A stretch of 64,000 nucleotides of DNA from Zootoca vivipara (taxonomy: Eukaryota). The notes below the pieces were generated by a model. That model was not told where the DNA came from, did not search any database, and was given only the letters and a program-made list of their open reading frames with translations. Below are positions 45,555 through 64,000 of this stretch, piece by piece. Every line of letters starts with the position of its first letter. Positions within the stretch are counted from its first letter, which is position 1. Position numbers and translations under genes: made by a program. The stretch lies in NCBI RefSeq assembly GCF_963506605.1, contig NC_083294.1, positions 30,070,001 through 30,134,000 of the forward strand. Direction: 5' to 3'.

Positions 45555-45791
45555 CAGGGCCATCTTAAGCACCTTTGGCGCCGTGGTGCGGCGGATCCCT
45601 CCGCCGCCACCGCCCCGTTTTCCAGTGCGACGGGCGGGCTGGTGGGCTCAGCGTGCAGCGTGGTCGCCGAGGGCGCTGCTGTGCGGCGGAGCAGCCGGCC
45701 GGCGGGCAGGCGCAGCTGTGTGGTGCCCCCCCCCGGCGGGCCGGCGCCATGGCACCCTGCGCCACCCAGCCTGGCCATAGAGCTGGCCCTG
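45555..45791. mobile_element. GC-rich non-autonomous hAT-type MITE nested in the Penelope element
   Basis: TIR CAGGGCC...GGCCCTG with perfect 8-bp TSD AGACAGGC. Confidence 0.85.
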
Positions 45792-46222
45792 AGACAGGCC
45801 AAACCCTATGCCAAAGCATAAATGGACATAAATCTGACATCAGGAATCACAAGACAGAGAAGCCAGTTGGAGAACACTTCAATCTCCCAGGACATTCAAT
45901 ACAAGATCTCAAAGCAGCTGTCTTATAACAAAACAATTTCAGAAATAGACTTGAAAGAGAAGTAGCTGAATTACAACTTATTACTAAACTGAAAACTATG
46001 GAGAGACCTGGTCTGAATAGAGATATTGGATTCTTGTCTCATTAAATATGCTAAAGCTTTTTTGGTCATTTGCACACGGTCCCTTGCTTTTTCCTGTAGG
46101 ACTAATTGCAGTCATTAACAGTCATCAACAGGTTTACCATACCCATTGAGTCAATCACCCATCTACTACTACCCTTCTAAGAACCCCCCCCTCCCACTAT
46201 ATATAAGGGTCTGGTGACTTCA

Positions 46223-46264
46223 GTGTATCTGAAGAAGTGTGCATGCTCACGAAAGCTTATACCC
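46223..46264 (+). ncRNA. Minimal type-I hammerhead ribozyme in the Penelope pseudo-LTR
   Basis: GTAT-CTGAAGA-A-GTGTGCATGCTCAC-GAAA-GC-T-T/ATAC: stem I GTAT/ATAC, core CUGANGA...GAAA, palindromic AGCU stem III; predicted cleavage after 46258. Confidence 0.72.
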
Positions 46265-49200
46265 AGAACAAACTTAGTTGGTCTCTAAGGTGCTACTGGA
46301 CAATTTTTTAATTTATTTTGACTGCGTCAGACCAACACGGCTACCTAACTGAACCTTGAGCTCAGATATTGATACATAGGAGTCAACGCCTAGGGGCTGA
46401 GGTCGCTTCCCCCCATAAAATATTTGAGGGGGCCAGCCCAACCCTCCAAAGTTGATGGGCAATGCATTCCTTGGAGGCTGGATATGCTGCCTCCATATCC
46501 TGCTGTCTGAGGCAGTTTGCCTCATGGGTGGGCCAGCCTTGACCCATTCAGGTGTTTATCTGCTTCATTCCAGTTTCTCCCTGTCTACCTGTTTTGCACC
46601 TCACCCCCCCCCAACCAGTCAGCATTCTGTGACCACCAACCAATTTTAGCCCTCGTTTTGACAGCTTCCCCCCCCCCATTTTTGAAAAAAAAAAATTGAT
46701 TATATCCATCCATATATATATAGTACTTCTCCAATCCCCATGATTCCACCAAGCCTGCCTTTTGTGCATTGAACTGAATGAGTTTGTAAAAGTTGATATC
46801 CCTACAAGGGACAGCCTGCGCTATGTTATCCTCTTGCACCATCTCAACCAGGTCATTCCACTTGCTTAGCTATAGGAAGAATTGGTTTCCCACATATGCA
46901 GTTGGCATAACCTGGCAGGGAGTCAGAGGGGAACTTGCATTCCATTCTTCTCTGTTGCTTTCCTGGGTAATGTTACAGCAGGTTCACAGAGTTCACGGCT
47001 CCCTGGCAGCTGGCCCTGCTATTTATAAGCTCCTGAAGAGGAGGTTGAAGGAGGGTAAGGGGTGAGGAGGTGTTTACTAGACACAAAACAAGACAAAGCA
47101 GTGCATACCCCAGTGTGCAAAGCTCACACCTGTCATTTCTGAACATGAATTGGGGGAGGCGGGAGGATGATGATAATAATGCAGCACACTGCAACTGAGA
47201 TTATACCTTCTCTCTCCCTCCCTTTCTTTACTTTTTTAAAACAAACAAACAAACATGCACATTAAATTATTCTGGACACATTATGGAAGACTGGAAAATT
47301 GCTTTTCAGATGATGTCTCTCTTCAGTGACTTAGCAGTGGTGTAGTTCATTAATGTTAGATTCCGGATGTAATGGTCTCAACATCAACATGGTGATGGGA
47401 GTGCCTTTGGATCATGAGTGGAAGGTGTTTCTCAGACCAAGGGCCACACATTCTATTCTGAATAACCTTTCAGGGACCACATGCCAGTGAGGGGCATGGA
47501 CAGAAGCAAAAGTGGGCAGAGCAATAATTGTAAACTTTACCAGAAGGCTAATTTCTACACAGATTCACACACCTCTCACAGTCCCCCAGCCAGGCACGAA
47601 AGAGGCATTGTTCAGCCAGGCAAAAACATTTGAGAAGGGGGTGAAATAGGGTTGGTTAAGGGGGGGAGGGTCCAAACAAAACAGGCAAGTTTTTTGTTTT
47701 CTTAATGGGCAGTCAGACCCCTAAATGGGAAGTTCAAAAAAAGCATCTGGACAATTGAAAAATTCAAATCTTTTAAAAACTGCATTAACTTAGGCGATGT
47801 AGAAAGTGACTGATAATAGTGTGGAAAGTAAATTAAGTAGTCCGGGTTCCCCTAGAACCCCAGACCCAGATCAAGCAGACCCATTTCTCCCTACCAAAAA
47901 CGCTCCCCGCAGATTCCACTGCTATTGTCCACTGAGCATTCACCAGTGTTTCTAAGGAAATACAACTCTTCTACAAGTACTGTAGTATTGTCAAATTTCC
48001 AGTTCTGAGAGTTCTCTCCCAATTCTACATAGGCTTCTAAATGCCATGGAATGTGGCTCTAACCAAAGTACCATGTCTACACACGCAAGAGAAGTGCACA
48101 GGTGTGTTGCAGCAGAACATAATCACAATAAACTATTTGGGTTCACATACTGTAAAACTAAATGTTGCAATAGCTGTCTTGTGAGAGCTACCTAAAAGGG
48201 GCAACCTTAATACATAAAAGAAAAACAGGGAGCTTGTGAAAAAGATAAAGATAAAGGGAGCAGAAGGACCAGCTCTTCCATGGGGCAAAAGGAGGCAAAT
48301 ACCTAAAGCAGCAGATTTTGAGGACAACCATGCTAGCCCCATGGCTGCTCAGTCTAAGCTCCCAGTTCCCTAACTTGGCATGCTGTCTCAGGTGCAGCAA
48401 AGTTATCCATCTCTCTCACTACCACCTAAGAAAGAGTCAACTGCTAGTTCATTTGGCTTCTGTATGCAGAATGGAGAGTGGCCACCATCTTGCCACCCTT
48501 GCATTGCAGGGGGTTGGACTAGATGACCCTTGGTAGTCCCTTCCAGCTCTACAATACTATGATTATCTGTCCTTTCCCTCTAGCAGCAGGATGCGGGGCT
48601 GGGGGAGACAGCAGGTTAAGCAGCCTTGAGCTTGTTGGTGGGAAAGGCAGGATATAAATGTCATAATGATTATGAAGTTTATTGTTATTCTCCCTCTACT
48701 CCCATCGTATTCATGGGGGCTATTTACTGGACCAGTATTAAATCTCCTGTTACCTCAATCCTTCTTCGGTTCAGATCTAATGCATATTCAAGTCAAGGTA
48801 CCCTTTGCTAAACAGACGGGTTCTGAGCTCGAAAACTATTCAAAAGGGGGCGCGAGCAGTTTCAGCCTTCCAGTTTGGATTGCTACTCTCCGCACTCTCG
48901 CTCCCCGCCCCGTGTGACGACAGGTAGAAATTCATCGGGTGTAGCCTTCCTTGAACGGATAATCAGGGCGCGCGAAGAGCTTGCTTATGATTCCAGCCTG
49001 CCATGCAGCTGTTAACGGAGCAGGTGTCTTTGATCGAGAAAGAAAAGGAAAAAGTCAGTTTGGTGCAGAGCGACAACCAGCCCTAGCTTCATCGTCCAGG
49101 ATAGTCCGGCTGAGTCTAGGATCCGGGGAGCTCCCCCACCCCGGACAGTGCCTGGGGCGGGGTCAAAGGGGTGGGATCTGGGGCTGGGAGGGACACGCGG

Positions 49201-49431
49201 GGCCGCTGCTTTGCAAACTTTGCAGAGTCTAGCCAGGACCGAGAGCCCCCGGGTGGGCTATTCCTCCTCCTCTGCTTTCCCAAAGCTTTGCAGAGCCAAT
49301 AGCTGCCGCAGATATCTGTGCGCTCTCGCAGACAGACATCCAGCGGACGGGCGCCTTCTTCCTAATCCTGTACTGCATCTCTCTTCGCGTCTGCCGACAG
49401 TTTCTCACCCGTGCCAAAGAAGTTCGTGGGG

Positions 49432-59270
<9,839 letters not shown>

Positions 59271-61299
59271 GGCAGGCAGATGGAGCTGGACTGGATTAGC
59301 AGACTGCTGGGACCAGACTGGTAGACAGGAGGAGAGAGATGAAATGGGGAAAGGAGTGGTGGATTGGCACACTTGGCCCTTCCAGATGTGCACCTCATCT
59401 TGGCAAGAAGCTGGCAGACGCCTTGAAAAATGAAGATGCAAAGATCTTGAGTTGGACACCCTTCAAAGAATTAGAGGAATAAAAAACTATAAAAGAGCCA
59501 TACTTCTCCATCGAATAACTAGCTTGAGATCTTTCTCATGTTTCTATTATTCTATGCAGGAAATGTTGTCTTTATATTTAAAGAGAACAACCCCCTGTGT
59601 TGAAGTAGAACTTTGCTGCCTTTATTTTGAGGTGCTTAGCACACCCTTTCACGTAGCTGCAGGTGACAGGTGGGAGAGCATAGGGTGAAGTTAACTGGAT
59701 CTGTAAATGTATCGGTGGTAAATCCACTTGATCCTGGGGAACCAGAAGGGCGCAGAGACTGGTTTGCTGGTGGTGATCTTGGCCCCTGTTCTGTGCAGAA
59801 AGTGTGTGGGTTTGTATAGCTGCAGAGTTGAATAAACCAACCTATTAAAATGAGATTGCCATGGTGCATGTTTTTGTGTTGTATGTATGTGAAAGCTTTG
59901 AACAGCTCAGCATTCCTCAGCAGAGAATGGAGTTGAAAAGGTCAGGGTTGGTGGGGAGGGTATCAGTGTAGGTGGAAACAGTCACATCAGATTAATTGAA
60001 ATCAGTAAGGAAACTCATGTTCCTTGCACAATGGATGAGAAACTGGGAAGGCAGCACCATTCAACTTCTTTGCCTCTTTGAGAAAACACACACACACAAA
60101 TGGGACATAGGAAATGCTCCTATTGGCCCATCTAGCTTGCTTTGACTACACCGGAGGTAGGCAACATGGTGGCCCCAAATGTTTTGGACTACAATTCCTA
60201 TCAGCGCCAGCAAGTGTGGTCATTTGTTCAAGGATGATGGGAGTTGTATTCCAAGGCATCTAGAGGACACTGCGTGGGCTGTGTCTCATCTACACTAACA
60301 TGGCACCTTAGGATTTCAGACATGTGTTCCCTGCAATGCTAGGGATTGAATCTGGGACTGTTTGTGTCCTAAGAAGATGCTCTACCCAGACTGACTTCCC
60401 CATATGGCTTACTCTGTTAAAACAAACAAAACAGCCTGAATGTAGAAGCTGAGATTATTTTTCAACAGCTAATGGAGAAAGACCAGATTTCATTTCAGCT
60501 GTTTTGTTTATAAAGGTAATTCTTTATCACCCTGTCATACAAAGAATATAATGACCAGAATTATTATTACTACTACTACTACTACTACTATTTAAAGTCA
60601 ACAACTACAAAGGGCTGTCAGCATAAAAATAACCCCAAGAGATGCCTGAAAGTTGCAACTGATGGGCCTACTGAATCTCCACTAGAAAAGTGCCTTCCAG
60701 TACGAGCCCAGCAACACTCAATGCCCAACTGCTGGTTTTGAGGCAAGCTGGGTCTCTGTAACCTGGGAAACAACTAACAACACTCATCTCCATGATTTCA
60801 GTGATCGAGCTGGGATATAAGGACTCTGGTGGTCTTTAAGGTATCCTTGACTCAAGTTCCTCAGTGCTTTCTCTGTTAACACAAGAACCTTCAACCTGGC
60901 CTGGTAACATGGTGAAAAGGTAAAAGGTCCGCATCCCCAGTGGACACTGGCTAACTATTGGAAGGGGGAAACGGGATTCCTCCAGGGAGGGAAGAACACA
61001 ATTGAATATGTAGAAGAGGCCATGGCTGGCATATTAAACAGGAGTACTCCATACTGCAACATTTTGTTGCAGGTCACACTTCTCTCTACTAAAGGTAAAG
61101 TCCAGTGCTTTTCTAAATAAAGGCAAGGTATCTTCCTTCATTATCTCAGCACTTGGGAAACATAAGAATACAAATTAGTTATGACCTAATTTACTTACTG
61201 CCAGATAAATGAATTCCCTCCCCCTGCCCCATCATGAAATCTGAGTGTGACAGGGTTTTAAGCAACTATCCTAGTGTTTGGTGCACATGGAGCAGCTGT

Positions 61300-61626
61300 T
61301 AAAAGATAAAGGGATCCCTGACCATTAGGTCCAGTTGTGACCGACTCTGGGGTTGCGATGCTCATCTCACTTTACTGGCCAAGGGAGCCGGCGTACAGCT
61401 TCCAGGTCATGTGGCCAGCATGACCAGAGCAGCACGCGGAAACGCTGTTTACCTTCCCGCTGTAGCGGTCCCTATTTATCTACTTGTACTTTGACGTGCT
61501 TTCGAACTGCTAAGTTGACAGGAGTTGGGACCAAGTAACGGGAGCTCACCCCGTCACGGGGATTCAAACCGCTGACCTTCTGATCAGCAAGCCCTACACT
61601 CTGTGGTTTAACCCACAGCGCCACCC
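61300..61626 (-). mobile_element. Sauria SINE
   Basis: Same family in reverse. Confidence 0.85.
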
Positions 61627-62565
61627 ACCACCTTACCTATCTGAGTATCCTCTAGGTGTTTTGGACTGTGATTCCCATGGGTTGGTGCCAACTGGGGCTG
61701 ATGGGAGTTGTAGTTAGTGTAAAGCATCTGCAAGGCACTAGGATGTGAAAATCTATCAATAACCAATCAATCTACCTGCCTACCAAATTAGCTTTTCTTA
61801 TCTTCTGCCTGAAAAATATTCTGTGTCACTCAGAAGCTTCCTTTGATATCAGCACTGTCTTTCAAAATACTGTACGTCCCCTTCAAGCAAAGTTTCTTAT
61901 CGCTGTCCTTTGAAATGGGGTCAGCACAGCCACAGACTGCCATAGAACATACCTTGATAGTAAGTATAAAGTGCAGGAAGAAAATTGTGCCATCGTGTGG
62001 CTATGGTCAGGCTCTGCACTGCTGACCACATTAGTCACATCTGTACCTAACATTAAACGCAGTATTGTACCAGTCATAGCTTCTCCCTGCTCAAGAATTC
62101 TGGGAATTGTAGTTTACTAAGAGTTGTTAGGAGACCCCTATTCTCCCTGCAAAGTGAAAATTCTGAGTGGTTTAGCCATCAATCCCTCTTGCCAGGGGAC
62201 TGGGAAATAGAGATCGGTGAGGGTGATAGGGGTCTCCAAACAACTCTTAGCACCAACTACACTTATCACTTATTTTATAACACGGGTAGGAAACCTCTAC
62301 CCTGTAGGCCAAATGAAGCCCCCCAGGCCACTCTGGTCCTCAGAATGCTCATTGTGCCATGCCCCTCATCAGCCTTGCTCTGCACTCTCAAGTTATTTTG
62401 CCTGTTTGGAAACTTTCCTCTATGATTATACTTCTTGCTTAAGTAGATTGAAAGATTGTGCACAGGGGGGGGGGGCCTTTCAGAGAAACCCCTGGGTTCT
62501 GCACATGTGGAATGGAGCCCACAGTACTAAGATAAGAGTCATTTCACGGATCGTTATCAACAAAG

Positions 62566-62567
62566 GT

Positions 62568-62623
<56 letters not shown>
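62566..62623. repeat. Compound (GT)n(GA)n microsatellite
   Basis: Direct reading. Confidence 0.95.
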
Positions 62624-62628
<5 letters not shown>

Positions 62629-63469
62629 TAAGATACAGTTCGGTAAAATAAGTAATAATTACTTTGATAAATAAATATTTCACAATATCTCCCAAAGAAT
62701 GTGTGGGTTGGTATTTTCTTGCACCTTCTGTACCAATACCAATGAAAACACTGCATTTCTTCTTCTTTTTAGTAACATTGTCTCTGTTCTCTGACTCTGA
62801 CAATGTTGGTCCATCTCAGTGTGCATACTGCAGAAAAATTCATGCATAGTAGGAATATGACATTTTACATGTTTTTTATTATGCATGTGTTTTCTATGAG
62901 GTTAACTTTGCACCTAAGAGACACTGTCCTTATGTCAATTTATCTGAGAGCTGCTTTCCATGGTTGGGGAAATGTGCTGAGCAGATTCTCAGAGGTACTT
63001 TGTCTTGAAAGACGTTTTTCAAAACAGCTGATTTTCTCCCTATAGGGTTTCACAGATTTTTGCCTTTAGGTTATTTTACGTAAATATTAGAAAACTGTCC
63101 GTGGCAAATTGCATTCAGCAGCTGCTTACAGGTGTTTAACAATGTGCCTAGAACCTTTGACACATTAATATTTGCAACAGCAGTTAGGTACGTTGTTCTG
63201 GTTTGGGTTTGGCTTTCTATGCTGAAGGTACCATAGTCTCCACCAAGGAGGGAAGTAATTTGATTCAACTAGGATTTTAAAGTGAATCTACCACACTTTG
63301 CAAACCATACGTGAACTGAAACACTACTATTGTTTGAAATTTGCACTTTGCCTAATTCTGTGATGCAGTTCTCCAGCAAAAACAAAATGTACAAAAATGC
63401 ACATACTGTATTAGGCATATATTTGTAATTACGGTATATAAAATCCTGGTGAGTGGAGTGCTGGCAACA

Positions 63470-63760
63470 TCCTGACCCAAGATATTGGTCTTTGTCAGGC
63501 AGGCAGTCAAGTTATGTTTCCATAGCAGTGACCAGAGGAGAAATGACCACTGGGAGGAACACAGAGAGAAGAAACACCATGATGCATCTGTAGCAGTACA
63601 ACTGGATGCCGTTATCTGCCCCAGCTGCAACAAAACATGCCTCTCCTGTATAAATCTCTCCAGCCACAATGGGCGCTGCAACTGTCCAACAAGCTTGACC
63701 TCACCCCTAAAGGCACACTCCTCCATTGTCTTCCAAAAACAGACAGATGCCAACTCAACT
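63470..63760 (+). mobile_element. RTE-clade LINE 3' end
   Basis: C-terminal zinc finger CPSCNKTCLSCINLSSHNGRC and a short 3' UTR. Confidence 0.7.
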
Positions 63761-64000
63761 CAATATAAAGTGCATTATATTAGGGAAATTGCTTGCAAAA
63801 AATGTGTACATTATGAGAAATCTGCACTAAAATGCCAATGGGTTTTCAGGAGTTTTTCTTTAAAAAAATTGTAACCTGTAACAGAAATTGTAGAGAACTG
63901 GATATAAGACTGGGAAAAATGAAAAGAAAGAAAAATGGGTTGACATAATCAAGTGGTAAGTGAAGATTACTCAACTTTTATGTGTGGGGAAATAAAGTTA

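Larger units (their letters stand above)
45497..46350 (+). mobile_element. Penelope-like retroelement, 3' part (GIY-YIG endonuclease remnant plus pseudo-LTR)
   Basis: Removing the nested MITE gives VYAIKC*QCPSALYIG*TGQTLCQSINGHKSDIRNHKTEKPVGEHFNLPGHSIQDL..EREVAELQLITKLKT..GLNRD; TATA-like TATATAA ~46198 then a hammerhead motif. Confidence 0.85.

Noticed and set aside
45493-45928. Apparent CpG island with several ORFs
   Set aside because: It is a GC-rich hAT MITE nested in a Penelope remnant, not a promoter or gene.

Overview
Vertebrate (squamate lizard, probably lacertid, judged from Sauria-type SINEs) genomic DNA syntenic to human Xq28 / chicken 4p. Gene order: F8 (only the ATG-containing signal-peptide exon, minus strand, at the left edge), FUNDC2 (5 coding exons, plus), CMC4 and MTCP1 (minus, arranged so one spliced mRNA can be bicistronic), BRCC3 (8 coding exons, plus, one U12 AT-AC intron, JAMM motif intact) and a 3-exon TMEM47-like PMP22/claudin-superfamily gene (plus) that looks like a paralog rather than TMEM47 itself. 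CpG-island promoters lie near 8.7-9.4 kb, 32.1-33.0 kb and 48.85-49.65 kb. The rest is rich in TEs: Sauria and other tRNA-derived SINEs, L2/CR1/L1/RTE fragments, hAT and Tc1/mariner MITEs, a CTCF-motif-bearing Helitron, and a Penelope-like element with a GIY-YIG remnant and a minimal hammerhead ribozyme. Two TSD-flanked micro-insertions derive from that Penelope family, and one begins at the predicted ribozyme cleavage site. Exon boundaries were derived by hand from splice signals and remembered homologue sequences; no database searches were run, and most six-frame ORFs are spurious.
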